DNA of 64,000 nt. Origin: Escherichia phage Ecwhy_1. This document shows, in pieces, positions 47,945-57,524 of the stretch; positions within the stretch are counted from its first letter, which is position 1; every line of letters starts with the position of its first letter. The notes beneath the pieces are model-generated. The model ran no database searches, was not told the DNA's origin, and worked only from the letters and a program-made list of their open reading frames with translations. Where the stretch lies: sequence record MH791411.1; one strand, 5' to 3'. A program made the position numbers and the translations under genes.

Positions 47945-48300
47945 TCTGGAATTCCTATATTGAATTTGTATTCTTGATTAATACTGACATTGCCTTTATT
48001 CAAAGCAGCATACTCTTTCATTTCATTTTGTATTGCAATAACTTCTTCAAATGTACACAAGTACTTCTTATCAAATACTAATGACTCCTGAAATAGTTCA
48101 GCCTCATCAAGTACTGTATAATCCGGCATATCCTGATGCGGATACTGTAATGAATTGTAATCAATGAATGTAAATTTACCCTGAGTGAAATGAATATACT
48201 CATTTGCACTGTGCATTAAATCACCTTTGTTTAAATTACAAAAGTACTGAAAACTGTTCTTAAAAGAATGTACTGATATTACAAAATCAAATTCCATCAC
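47941..48300 (-). CDS. family A paralog (short YTVLD subgroup)
   Basis: 119 aa; Y-T-V-L-D-E-A-E-L-F-Q-E-S-L-V-F-D-K-K. Confidence 0.6.
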   Translation of the reverse strand: MMEFDFVISVHSFKNSFQYFCNLNKGDLMHSANEYIHFTQGKFTFIDYNSLQYPHQDMPDYTVLDEAELFQESLVFDKKYLCTFEEVIAIQNEMKEYAALNKGNVSINQEYKFNIGIPE

Positions 48301-48710
48301 TCTTCCCCTAGATTGAAATGATTACAAAAATCAACTTCACCAGTACTGCACCAGATATCTATACATTCCCTGTGAATACATTTAATTCTACGCTGTAATT
48401 CAATCATCTCTTCTAATGTACAGATGTACTTCTTATCAAATACTAATGCCTCCTGAAACAGTGCAGCATCATCAAGTACTGTATAGTCCAACATCTCGGT
48501 TGCTTTACCCCTAAACCCAGTATTAAAATCCATCAAATAAAAGTCAGCATTTTCGTATTTTATAAGCTTGTCCCTTGTGTAGTTTAAATCACCCTTGTAT
48601 AAGTTAGAGTGCGTAACTAACTCACCAGTGTACATCCATGTCCTTGCACAAAATTCATTATATTTTATTTCCATCTTAATCTCTACTATAATTAATAAGG
48701 TAAACTCCAA
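48297..48710 (-). CDS. family A paralog (short YTVLD subgroup)
   Basis: 137 aa; Y-T-V-L-D-D-A-A-L-F-Q-E-A-L-V-F-D-K-K. Confidence 0.6.
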   Translation of the reverse strand: MEFTLLIIVEIKMEIKYNEFCARTWMYTGELVTHSNLYKGDLNYTRDKLIKYENADFYLMDFNTGFRGKATEMLDYTVLDDAALFQEALVFDKKYICTLEEMIELQRRIKCIHRECIDIWCSTGEVDFCNHFNLGEE

Positions 48711-48868
48711 TATAAGGAGAACGTTCGCGGCGGGGTATTTTTTGTTTCAGGAAACATGAACTGTACTCTGAAAACACATTTTAAAACTTTATATTAAACA
48801 TATACCTTAACATGTTTTTCAGCGAAAATTTTTTTGACCCCCCAGCGGCCTGTGAAAATGAAACGTCT

Positions 48869-49084
48869 CTATTTATTCAGCCTAGAAAGCTTGATTTCTT
48901 CAATCCTTTTCATCGCACAAAGCCTTCGACTCGTCTTCTCGTATATATTCAATACTCGTTGTACTGCATCATCTGCAACTGCAATCTGAACCAAATATGT
49001 ATCCTTCAAAATCGAATCCATCATGTATTCAAAACCTTTCACACTATAACAATATACCACTTCCGGCTCTTCAAACGTAATCAT
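48869..49084 (-). CDS. hypothetical small protein
   Basis: 71 aa ORF. Confidence 0.4.
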   Translation of the reverse strand: MITFEEPEVVYCYSVKGFEYMMDSILKDTYLVQIAVADDAVQRVLNIYEKTSRRLCAMKRIEEIKLSRLNK

Positions 49085-49274
49085 AACTCCAATCCCCTAT
49101 TCCATCTAACCTTCTAAGATATCTTGCGTAAATTATTTCGAAATATCTGTGCAACGAAATTACGGATTGCTCATAATCATCATTCCTGTACATTGTGCAT
49201 GTAAGAAAATCATTTAAACCGTAATCTAAACTGCACTTGAACTTCTCCTTTGCAACATCTCTAAAATTATCCAT
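49071..49274 (-). CDS. hypothetical small protein
   Basis: 67 aa ORF; AGAGGA RBS. Confidence 0.4.
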   Translation of the reverse strand: MDNFRDVAKEKFKCSLDYGLNDFLTCTMYRNDDYEQSVISLHRYFEIIYARYLRRLDGIGDWSYDYV

Positions 49275-49437
49275 AATATGTCCTCTGCACAGCGTAGGTG
49301 TACTGTGAACTCAGCACCGTTAATAGGTAATCTATGTTGTAAGCACGATTTCCTCGTTGACTAGCACGACTAGAATAAAGAATATTATCCACATATGTAT
49401 CGAACTGTTCTTCAAATAACTCTTTCATCAGCACCCT

Positions 49438-50064
49438 TTAGCACCCTTTAACAACTTTTGAAATGTAATCTTCTAATGCACCAATGTTCTTTGTATTCGT
49501 TCGAACTAAAAGATAACTTAAATTCTCGAACTCCTGAACATAATGCTTAACAGCGTACATGCATCGTAATTCAAAATCTGTATGAACCGTTTTGTACTGA
49601 AATAACATCTCTTCTGAAGCCTCTAAAAGCTCTGTAGCTTGTTCTGTACTGAACTTAAAGGGATTCTGTACTCCTGAACTAAAACACTTTTGTTCGTTCG
49701 TCTGGACACCCTGTGATAGATATAATCCTGTACTACCATCTTGTGTTGATATCGAATTGAAACCATTACTTGCAACCATTAAATCTGAACTCAATACAAA
49801 TAATAATTTATCTTCCTTATGAATTAATAAATCTGACTTCAGGGATTTTATTCCTGTACTGGTTATATCACCTATACTAAGATTGTCACTGAACTTCTCA
49901 GCGTTGTTCGCAATGCTCTGGACAAGATTTTTTAATCTCTTAATGGCACTTCTGTCTTTTTCTAATGTATCTAATAAACTCATTGAACTCATTGTACTTT
50001 CCTTACATATTTGTACCGAACAAAACGGAACTTTGAATGCCATTAATCGACACTTCATGTACAT
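49438..50064 (-). CDS. family A paralog
   Basis: 208 aa; E-E-M-L-F-Q-Y-K-T-V. Confidence 0.55.
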   Translation of the reverse strand: MYMKCRLMAFKVPFCSVQICKESTMSSMSLLDTLEKDRSAIKRLKNLVQSIANNAEKFSDNLSIGDITSTGIKSLKSDLLIHKEDKLLFVLSSDLMVASNGFNSISTQDGSTGLYLSQGVQTNEQKCFSSGVQNPFKFSTEQATELLEASEEMLFQYKTVHTDFELRCMYAVKHYVQEFENLSYLLVRTNTKNIGALEDYISKVVKGC

Positions 50065-50347
50065 ATATATTTTGTCTGAATACCTGAAGCAATTGAACTA
50101 AACTCTGTTGCATAATAATATGCATCGCTAAATTATCAAAGGCCGTTTCGTGTTGGAATCGTGCAGCTTCATCTTCTATGAAATTCGGAACTTGGACTGG
50201 ATTCTCAAAATTTGTCCTTGTACTGAACTGTACATCATTGTCCTGTACCTTAATACCATATGAATTATCATTGTTATCAACTACATCAAATTCAATTAAA
50301 CTACCATCTTTACTGACGTTTACTATATAAACTGAAAATCTACTCAT
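50003..50347 (-). CDS. family A paralog
   Basis: 114 aa; E-A-A-R-F-Q-H-E-T-A. Confidence 0.5.
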   Translation of the reverse strand: MSRFSVYIVNVSKDGSLIEFDVVDNNDNSYGIKVQDNDVQFSTRTNFENPVQVPNFIEDEAARFQHETAFDNLAMHIIMQQSLVQLLQVFRQNIYVHEVSINGIQSSVLFGTNM

Positions 50348-50862
50348 AATCCTATTTCCTTTAAATCTTCCAAAAATGTTTCATAATCACTTAAGGAAAA
50401 AAAGATATCCGTATCGATGTTCGCATCTAATACATTATACAAATTCTGCATCTGTAACACATCAGGAGCATCAATCAATGATTGCTGGAAATATGCAGCT
50501 TCATCTTCTAAAATATCCCTGAATGTTCTCTCTCGTACTCTGTGGTGTACTGAATTGAATATTGATTTCTCATCCTTAAGCATTGGTAGGTATCGAATGT
50601 ACATGTGTTCTCTTAGCTCAGGACTGATGGAACCCCTGAACTGTAACACGTATTCGAAGCACATAGCAACATCCTGAAGGTAATTGGCACTGTAATTATT
50701 GCTGTAAACAATCTTATGACTTCTGAACTCATCATCATTTCTGAACCAATTGTCACCTACTTTGGTGTACTTATGACTAAGCAATCCACCCTCTAACGCT
50801 TTGATGATCTTCAAAATGTTGTGTGCAAATGCATATGATGTATTGTACTTGGCCTGATACAT
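50344..50862 (-). CDS. family A paralog
   Basis: Track ORF trimmed to ATG 50860-50862 (MYQAKYN) with GAGG RBS; E-A-A-Y-F-Q-Q-S-L-I. Confidence 0.5.
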   Translation of the reverse strand: MYQAKYNTSYAFAHNILKIIKALEGGLLSHKYTKVGDNWFRNDDEFRSHKIVYSNNYSANYLQDVAMCFEYVLQFRGSISPELREHMYIRYLPMLKDEKSIFNSVHHRVRERTFRDILEDEAAYFQQSLIDAPDVLQMQNLYNVLDANIDTDIFFSLSDYETFLEDLKEIGL

Positions 50863-50875
50863 GTGTGCCTCAACC

Positions 50876-51070
50876 TTATCTTGTGTTAAAATATTCACTG
50901 AAATGATTATAACACAAAAGCACCACGATGTTAAGCACTCTGTTGTCAAAATCATCTTGTGATGTAGGATGCAATGACGCATTGATGTTAAAATTCACTA
51001 TATCATTGTGGAATTGGTATGTGAACAAATCAAACTTCGTATGCCTTTGTTTGATATCATAGGCGGTCAT
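50876..51070 (-). CDS. hypothetical small protein
   Basis: 64 aa ORF between two family A genes. Confidence 0.3.
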   Translation of the reverse strand: MTAYDIKQRHTKFDLFTYQFHNDIVNFNINASLHPTSQDDFDNRVLNIVVLLCYNHFSEYFNTR

Positions 51071-51071
51071 A

Positions 51072-51680
51072 TTATATATTCAACCCTTTAACAATGGAAA
51101 TAAATTCTTTGTAAACATTTTCAGGTAAAGCTCTACTACCATAAAGAACACTAAATTCAGGTAACATATCCGAAATCTCTTTCGCTAAATTTATTTCATC
51201 CCTGAACATTTGCACAGGCATGATATCCTGTACCAATGATAACTGAAAGAAAAATGATTCAATATCTTCATGCACCTCTGAATTTAAATAAATCTCTTCT
51301 GGAAACTGGGCTGTACTGTAATAATAAAATACGTCAATTCTTTTTTCATTATTTTGTACAAGAGGTAAATTTCTTTCGTCTCTCTTATTAATATTTGTTT
51401 TCCATGACTCAATGTTATTCGGAACCCAAAACTCATAAGGTGTCTTCTCTCCTGAAATATTATCCAGCTTCAATCCATAATATTCACTTTCGCCGTACTT
51501 TTGCTTCAAAACAATACCTGTACTACTAATGTTTACAATGTACGTATCAACAATCCCTTCTGTGGTAAAAGGAATATTTAACTCTGAACCTTCAGGGTAC
51601 TTAGCATTGAATGCATCTAATGCTTTACTTAGCACTGGAATTGCACTTGCACTGTACTTCATTAATTGGTCTATGTTCAT
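51072..51680 (-). CDS. family A paralog
   Basis: 202 aa; E-S-F-F-F-Q-L-S-L-V. Confidence 0.55.
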   Translation of the reverse strand: MNIDQLMKYSASAIPVLSKALDAFNAKYPEGSELNIPFTTEGIVDTYIVNISSTGIVLKQKYGESEYYGLKLDNISGEKTPYEFWVPNNIESWKTNINKRDERNLPLVQNNEKRIDVFYYYSTAQFPEEIYLNSEVHEDIESFFFQLSLVQDIMPVQMFRDEINLAKEISDMLPEFSVLYGSRALPENVYKEFISIVKGLNI

Positions 51681-52321
51681 TTTAATTCCCCTGTAATCAC
51701 TGCATTTACTGCACTTGATGCAAATAAACTGATATTTGAACGATACATATCGTACACTGTACTTTCTTTCTTGTGCACAATGAAATCATAAAGATCAACA
51801 AATGCAGGAATAATAATCTTGAATGATTTATTTGGGTACGTCCCAAAATCAACTGTACTCAATTTTGCAACGAGCATAACAACAAAGATTTCTTCTGGAC
51901 TATACACTGTACTGTACTGAAAATAATCCTCTGCACTCATGGCACTCATTGCATTTATATCTTGTGTTTGTAATGTAATATTAAGACAATCAAAAATATA
52001 ATAAAACTCTGATTTGTTTTGTATTTTGTATTTGTCAATTGGGGTATCTCTCATGAACCATAAACGATCTTGTCCATAAAAAGGAATGATTGAATTTGGG
52101 GAAGCCAGAAATACTTCTTCTCTATCAATATCCTTTAACTCAATTTGCATACCGGATGAATTGGCAATAATTAATTCATTAAAAATATAATGAACCTTGT
52201 GTACAATCTCTTGTACTGAATTGAAATCATCTGGTATTTTAAAATTTTCCATAGGTATCTCCTTAAAATGATTACACATTGTACCATGCATTTGTACTCG
52301 TGTCAAACAAAAAAAGCCCAT
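51677..52321 (-). CDS. family A paralog (start uncertain)
   Basis: 214 aa; A-E-D-Y-F-Q-Y-S-T-V-Y. Confidence 0.55.
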   Translation of the reverse strand: MGFFCLTRVQMHGTMCNHFKEIPMENFKIPDDFNSVQEIVHKVHYIFNELIIANSSGMQIELKDIDREEVFLASPNSIIPFYGQDRLWFMRDTPIDKYKIQNKSEFYYIFDCLNITLQTQDINAMSAMSAEDYFQYSTVYSPEEIFVVMLVAKLSTVDFGTYPNKSFKIIIPAFVDLYDFIVHKKESTVYDMYRSNISLFASSAVNAVITGELK

Positions 52322-52324
52322 ATC

Positions 52325-52822
52325 TTACGATACAGGCATGTTTATTTGAATTTCATTGTACAAATCATCAATATATAGACATGAAAACGATAAACTTTCT
52401 TTAACTATATTGTTGTGATAAAGCATTTTAAATGCAATATAGAAAAATAAATCAATATCATCATGTACTAAATTCTGCTGGAACCACCACTCTTCTGTTA
52501 AATCTTGTGCATTAAAATCATCAGGAACTACAATTGACGACATATCAGCATCTTCTTTGTACTCAAACCACATGTCGTCATTTGGATAACGTTCATGCTT
52601 CTCTGGGTAACAATTGCTGGGATTAAATGCTAAAATATAAAATGCCGTCGCAGAATGTTCTTTATTATAAAATGAATTATTCCACACCTGATACCTTTCA
52701 CCAACATCAAACTCTTTTGATACTGATGTTATTGCACATAATGTACGATATATTGTTTCTATTTTGTGAACAAATTTAAAGGCTGCATCTAAACTGAACT
52801 CTAAATCAGACATGCGGTGCAT
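52325..52822 (-). CDS. family A paralog
   Basis: 165 aa; T-E-E-W-W-F-Q-Q-N-L-V. Confidence 0.55.
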   Translation of the reverse strand: MHRMSDLEFSLDAAFKFVHKIETIYRTLCAITSVSKEFDVGERYQVWNNSFYNKEHSATAFYILAFNPSNCYPEKHERYPNDDMWFEYKEDADMSSIVVPDDFNAQDLTEEWWFQQNLVHDDIDLFFYIAFKMLYHNNIVKESLSFSCLYIDDLYNEIQINMPVS

Positions 52823-53142
52823 AAAATTACCTCAACTAAAATAAGAACGGTATTGAATTCGATGCAACCTTTGATACCTTGATTGTACATGTACTTTGCT
52901 ACTACATATTTCTGTACTAAATTATAATTATTAAATTCCTCAAAATTGTAATTTAGAATGAAATTTGTACTCAAAAATAACTTATGCATCTCTAATGCAC
53001 TCTGATAATATTTGTACAACTCTCTGATATCAATACTTTGTAAATCACTTTGTTCATATCTATGATAAGGAATGGCTTCAATTTCAATACTATAAAACCA
53101 TTCTCTTAACTTCTTAATATCAAATGTATTATTCAGCTTCAT
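52801..53142 (-). CDS. hypothetical protein
   Basis: 113 aa ORF, no family motif. Confidence 0.45.
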   Translation of the reverse strand: MKLNNTFDIKKLREWFYSIEIEAIPYHRYEQSDLQSIDIRELYKYYQSALEMHKLFLSTNFILNYNFEEFNNYNLVQKYVVAKYMYNQGIKGCIEFNTVLILVEVILCTACLI

Positions 53143-53698
53143 AACTCAATACCTCCATTAAGCACTCATAAACACCATCAATCGCATAAGCACAAAAACT
53201 GAAATTAATTTTGTTATTCTTGTGTAATGGACTATTGTATACTGTACTCAACATAACACTATAAAACAAAGAACGTTCATGTGTAAATAATGATTCCTGA
53301 AAAAATGCTTCCTCTGATTTAATTTTATTATATTCAATCGATTGATCATTAGAATAAAATGAATCTTGATTTGAATTGTACCATGTGTAATCCAAATCAT
53401 TCTTTGATATAACTGGTGTTGGATTAAACTGTAAAAGACTAATAACACTACGGGCATTTGGGGTATCAGGTGTATTGAATCGTTTGTCAAAATAACTTGT
53501 GCACGCAATATGTGAATCAAAATCAGATGGTTTAAACCCCATGAATGCGTTAATGATTCTTGTATATGGTTTTTTATTATGTGCTGCTTTCTGTACATTA
53601 TATAAGGCTGCAACAATACAAGCTAACTTTTGTCCCATTAGGATTGCATTAGCGTAGGTGTACTGAATTTCATTGCTGGTACGGTACTTCGAGATCAT
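53129..53698 (-). CDS. family A paralog
   Basis: 189 aa; S-E-E-A-F-F-Q-E-S-L-F. Confidence 0.55.
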   Translation of the reverse strand: MISKYRTSNEIQYTYANAILMGQKLACIVAALYNVQKAAHNKKPYTRIINAFMGFKPSDFDSHIACTSYFDKRFNTPDTPNARSVISLLQFNPTPVISKNDLDYTWYNSNQDSFYSNDQSIEYNKIKSEEAFFQESLFTHERSLFYSVMLSTVYNSPLHKNNKINFSFCAYAIDGVYECLMEVLSYEAE

Positions 53699-53996
53699 GG
53701 AACAGCCTCACTTTGCCTAACTCGTCATTGGATATTAATTCGTTAACAGCTTTCTGTATATTCTTTAATAATAGCACATCAAATCCTTTTGTGTCAAGCA
53801 CACATTGCATTTGGAAGAATTCTTCTTCTGATAATGTATTAAAATCCACAAAATTGTCTAATATTACGTCATTATCCAAATGTGCCATGTACCATGTATT
53901 TCTTTCGGAGCGTTTGATAAAATTCCATCCATCTGGATAATCGGGTTCTAATTCTACATATATCCCTGATAATGTATAAAGCATTTTATACTTCAT
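53670..53996 (-). CDS. family A paralog (MKYKMLYTL pair)
   Basis: Track ORF (GTG at 54020) trimmed to ATG 53994-53996 by paralog comparison; S-E-E-E-F-F-Q-M-Q-C-V. Confidence 0.5.
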   Translation of the reverse strand: MKYKMLYTLSGIYVELEPDYPDGWNFIKRSERNTWYMAHLDNDVILDNFVDFNTLSEEEFFQMQCVLDTKGFDVLLLKNIQKAVNELISNDELGKVRLFHDLEVPYQQ

Positions 53997-54016
53997 AACT
54001 ATTGTACTCATTGCTT

Positions 54017-54328
54017 TCACTGTACGTCGATGTCATAATACGCTCCTACCTCATAATCTTTCTTGCTTTGGAATTCATTAACGGCTTTCTGTATATTTCT
54101 TAATGTTACCATGTCATGTCCGTACATGTCAACCACCAATTGCATTTGGAAAAATTCTTCTTCAGATAATGTATTAAAATCTATAAAATAATCCGTAACA
54201 ACCTGTGCGTCTAAATTTGCCATGTACCATTGATTGGTATCGACCTCTTTAACCAAATTCCATGCATCTGAATCGGATTCTAATTCTACATATATTAATG
54301 TTAATGTATACAGCATTTTATACTTCAT
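54017..54328 (-). CDS. family A paralog (MKYKMLYTL pair)
   Basis: 103 aa; S-E-E-E-F-F-Q-M-Q-L-V; AAGGA RBS. Confidence 0.55.
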   Translation of the reverse strand: MKYKMLYTLTLIYVELESDSDAWNLVKEVDTNQWYMANLDAQVVTDYFIDFNTLSEEEFFQMQLVVDMYGHDMVTLRNIQKAVNEFQSKKDYEVGAYYDIDVQ

Positions 54329-54878
54329 AACTATATCCTTGCATTAAAAGATCATAAGCAATATCAACTAATTCTAAACGAATGAAAAATTTTAAATTAT
54401 CTTTCAATGGATTCAAATGCATTGTACTAAACAACATAAGATACTTCATTTGATTTGTATTGTATATTAGGGATGTCTGAAATACTTCTGCTTCATTGTA
54501 AGGATCAATGAATTTTATACCTTCTTCACTATAATCCGTTTTGGAATTCTGATATATAAAATAATCATCACCATAATTGTACCACAAATAACCTTCAAAA
54601 CTGGAATCAAATTCTGAATTTTCATTTCGCATTAAAGGTGATACTGAAATTGGATTTGAACCAACTGTTGCACAAACCTCAATGAAAGCATCTTCATTTC
54701 CCTTAACTTCTTCTTTGATTTTATCATTGTACTGTCCTGCAAAACCAGCTTTTACTTCCAAATATAAACTACTCCCAACTTTATTAATTCTTAAAAGGGA
54801 ACTCTGTACTGTATTCGCATTGTCCAGCACTAACGATATTGTGCAAATCTTATGTACCAATAACTCAATATCATTCAT
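54318..54878 (-). CDS. family A paralog
   Basis: 186 aa; E-A-E-V-F-Q-T-S-L-I-Y. Confidence 0.55.
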   Translation of the reverse strand: MNDIELLVHKICTISLVLDNANTVQSSLLRINKVGSSLYLEVKAGFAGQYNDKIKEEVKGNEDAFIEVCATVGSNPISVSPLMRNENSEFDSSFEGYLWYNYGDDYFIYQNSKTDYSEEGIKFIDPYNEAEVFQTSLIYNTNQMKYLMLFSTMHLNPLKDNLKFFIRLELVDIAYDLLMQGYSYEV

Positions 54879-54889
54879 ATTGGTATTCC

Positions 54890-55072
54890 TTAATTTGGTG
54901 GATTTGGATGTAATAACTGATCTATATAATTTAAATGTTCTATTGTAACTAATGAAAGATAATAATTGTAATTATCTATACCACCCTTTAAATGTATATT
55001 GTAATACATCTTGATACTTACTAATAAAGAATCATTTAAATCATTTATTGCTTTTGTATTAACGGTTTTCAT
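54890..55072 (-). CDS. hypothetical small protein
   Basis: 60 aa ORF. Confidence 0.35.
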   Translation of the reverse strand: MKTVNTKAINDLNDSLLVSIKMYYNIHLKGGIDNYNYYLSLVTIEHLNYIDQLLHPNPPN

Positions 55073-55211
55073 TAATGTTCTTCTCTTAAAAAACGCTTAA
55101 TGGCACAATCTAAATAAAAATCATAATACATCATATCTCTATTCTTAACCCATACACAATAATCTGCATTAATATTTCTTAATAATATATTCATATTATA
55201 ATCTTCACACC

Positions 55212-55622
55212 CTAATCGTGCCATTTAATAGGATACTCCGTTCCATTTATTGTATAAGATATAATCCATCCGTAATGAATAGGATGATTTTTGTCTGAAA
55301 CAGGAATAAAATATAAAGATGTACTGGGGTTATAACTGAATAAATCGTTGTTACCAATTGTAAAATGTGATAACTCAATCTTCCTTGTACCTGTACTTGG
55401 ACGAAGAACATTCTTAACACCGAAGACTGTACCTTGATATTTCTCGGAAAATTCAAACAATGCATCTGCAATTAAATCACGAAACTCCGCATGTATGGTT
55501 TCAAAAAAATCTATATTACACGATGTTTTAATATCCTTGAACTCCTTATATAAAGAGCTTCTTGTATTCAAAAGAAATATTACTTTTTTAAGATCCTGAA
55601 CTATTTCTGGATTCATATTCAT
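55212..55622 (-). CDS. hypothetical protein
   Basis: 136 aa ORF. Confidence 0.5.
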   Translation of the reverse strand: MNMNPEIVQDLKKVIFLLNTRSSLYKEFKDIKTSCNIDFFETIHAEFRDLIADALFEFSEKYQGTVFGVKNVLRPSTGTRKIELSHFTIGNNDLFSYNPSTSLYFIPVSDKNHPIHYGWIISYTINGTEYPIKWHD

Positions 55623-55872
55623 TTATCTCATTCTGTAACTTAAGCATCAAAATTTGCATATTAATTTTTTGTACAAGATGATTGAGAAATTTCTGTACTG
55701 TATCTTCTTGTTCTTTTGTACCAAGATAAAATAACATATTAAATTCAGATAATCTCAGAGCGAAATCTTCCTCTCCCCCTCGTAAACAAAAATCCCTGTA
55801 CTTTGAAGCATACAAATAAGCATCTATCTTTTTATACCTTTGGGTCTGCATTGTATCTCCTTTTTCATGCAC
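55588..55872 (-). CDS. family B paralog (interspersed copy)
   Basis: 94 aa; F-Y-L-G-T-K-E-Q-E-D-T-V. Confidence 0.5.
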   Translation of the reverse strand: MHEKGDTMQTQRYKKIDAYLYASKYRDFCLRGGEEDFALRLSEFNMLFYLGTKEQEDTVQKFLNHLVQKINMQILMLKLQNEINEYESRNSSGS

Positions 55873-56036
55873 CTTATTAGATTATCAACGTATTGATCCT
55901 GTACTATTGTCCCTAGATAAAATGATACTTCGAACTCTGATAATTTTATATTGAAAGGATCTACATATACATCTTTAATAAACTCTTTGTACTTCAACAT
56001 ATATGCATTAGGTATATTCTTATATATCGATTTCAA
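55824..56036 (-). CDS. family B paralog (interspersed copy)
   Basis: 70 aa; F-Y-L-G-T-I-V-Q-D-Q-Y-V. Confidence 0.5.
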   Translation of the reverse strand: MKSIYKNIPNAYMLKYKEFIKDVYVDPFNIKLSEFEVSFYLGTIVQDQYVDNLIRCMKKEIQCRPKGIKR

Positions 56037-56331
56037 TGATCCTCCCTGACATACCTTGTATTAGCTTATCATACATATCGAGCATCACTTTTTGAATACT
56101 AATTAATACTGGCATCGTGCAAATATCAATGTCGTATATTAAGCTGTACTGGAATAATTCCTCTTCCTGCATGTGTACTAAATTAGGTAAAAGATAATTG
56201 TCTGCCTCTTCATCCTGGTACTTGAAATGCATAACACCATCCTTTTTGTACAAAAGAATGTCAATATCACCTAACTCTTCTGCATAACCAAAAATACATA
56301 TACTCGATGTTTTTGCTATATTAAATTTCAT
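56020..56331 (-). CDS. family A paralog
   Basis: 103 aa; E-E-E-L-F-Q-Y-S-L-I-Y-D. Confidence 0.55.
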   Translation of the reverse strand: MKFNIAKTSSICIFGYAEELGDIDILLYKKDGVMHFKYQDEEADNYLLPNLVHMQEEELFQYSLIYDIDICTMPVLISIQKVMLDMYDKLIQGMSGRIIEIDI

Positions 56332-56340
56332 ATTCTTCTC

Positions 56341-56691
56341 TTATATGTAGAATTCACATACGCGTTGAACAAAATTCTTTGGAAGATGACAATGTGCAAT
56401 CATCTGCTTTTGTACTTCCTTCATGTCTTCGAATGTAAATCCTAAAGAATCATCATGTACTAACAAGTACTGAAACTCTTCTTCTTCAGAGATAGAACAT
56501 AAATTCGGTACTGAAATTGTTTTTGCTTTTCTTGCACCCAATTTCCAATGAAAAGAATTATTGCATTTTCTGTACTCAAATATCTTCAACCCAGAACCTG
56601 TATTAAAATCAGCTACTACAATGTAACATGAATTCTTACGTACAATACAATTGAACTTACGCATTATCTCCACCTCTCTCCGTCTGTACAA
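56341..56691 (-). CDS. family A paralog
   Basis: 116 aa; S-E-E-E-E-F-Q-Y-L-L-V-H-D. Confidence 0.55.
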   Translation of the reverse strand: MYRRREVEIMRKFNCIVRKNSCYIVVADFNTGSGLKIFEYRKCNNSFHWKLGARKAKTISVPNLCSISEEEEFQYLLVHDDSLGFTFEDMKEVQKQMIAHCHLPKNFVQRVCEFYI

Positions 56692-56909
56692 GAGTACTGG
56701 TACGTTGTCGTTAGGGTAGGGACCATGTTGGTAATGGGCATATTATTAACAATAACGGTAACAGGCATAAGTATCGTCTCTACTCTACTCTGTCCTGTCC
56801 TTGTGCAATTCATCTTTTGCATTTCATCGGACTCCATGAAATACAATACAAATGGTGCAATCCCAAGAACAATACACAAGACGATAAGGAAATTTAAAAA
56901 ATTCAACAT
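56664..56909 (-). CDS. hypothetical small membrane protein (strand ambiguous)
   Basis: 81 aa with hydrophobic N-term; a plus-strand ORF 56725..56931 with a TM helix covers the same DNA. Confidence 0.3.
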   Translation of the reverse strand: MLNFLNFLIVLCIVLGIAPFVLYFMESDEMQKMNCTRTGQSRVETILMPVTVIVNNMPITNMVPTLTTTYQYSCTDGERWR

Positions 56910-56970
56910 AATTTTCTACCCTAATGATTAACGTACAGGTACTATATCAGTAATGAAAAGTACTGTCAAG

Positions 56971-57345
56971 CTAGTATTGCACTGTTCTAATGAAAGTACC
57001 TTTACTCATGGATTTAAGCTTATGAACCTCTTCCTGTATACCCTTGATTAACCCTAAAGGTATAGGTACATCATGTACTAAGCTGTACTGAAAGTATTCT
57101 TCTTCAGATAAAGTACTAACATCTGGAATACCAATTTTAGTTATATAATCTTGATGTGTTGACCAATAAATTATATCTTCAGTACTATTGTACTCCCCAT
57201 ATACTGAACAATATTGATGAATATCTTTCATGTATCCTTGAGCAATAAAGAACTTATCTACTGCATTACCAGCATTAATAGAATTCACTTCGATTGTCAC
57301 AGTACTTGAGCTTGTTTTTCCTTTACTATGCATATTAATCCCCAA
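56971..57345 (-). CDS. family A paralog
   Basis: 124 aa; S-E-E-E-Y-F-Q-Y-S-L-V-H-D. Confidence 0.55.
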   Translation of the reverse strand: MGINMHSKGKTSSSTVTIEVNSINAGNAVDKFFIAQGYMKDIHQYCSVYGEYNSTEDIIYWSTHQDYITKIGIPDVSTLSEEEYFQYSLVHDVPIPLGLIKGIQEEVHKLKSMSKGTFIRTVQY

Positions 57346-57521
57346 ATTAGATATCGAACACTATCAGCTTGATAGTTAGTTCCTACTGTGTGTTTTAATA
57401 TTAACTCATCTTTCAGTACTGAACATTCTGCATTAGATATAGGAAGAGAATTAATTCTTTGAATTTCTGGTCGCAAAATACCGCGAAGCTTGCGGTAATC
57501 TTCGTATGATAATATTTTCAT
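57297..57521 (-). CDS. family B paralog (interspersed copy)
   Basis: 74 aa; V-G-T-N-Y-Q-A-D-S-V. Confidence 0.5.
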   Translation of the reverse strand: MKILSYEDYRKLRGILRPEIQRINSLPISNAECSVLKDELILKHTVGTNYQADSVRYLIWGLICIVKEKQAQVL

Positions 57522-57524
57522 TGT

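Noticed and set aside
56725-56931. Plus-strand ORF 56725..56931 (68 aa with a TM helix) as the real gene in this spacer
   Set aside because: It is plausible, but every other gene is minus-strand and the overlapping minus-strand ORF 56664..56909 also has a hydrophobic N-terminus. Sequence alone cannot decide; I listed the minus-strand version at low confidence.
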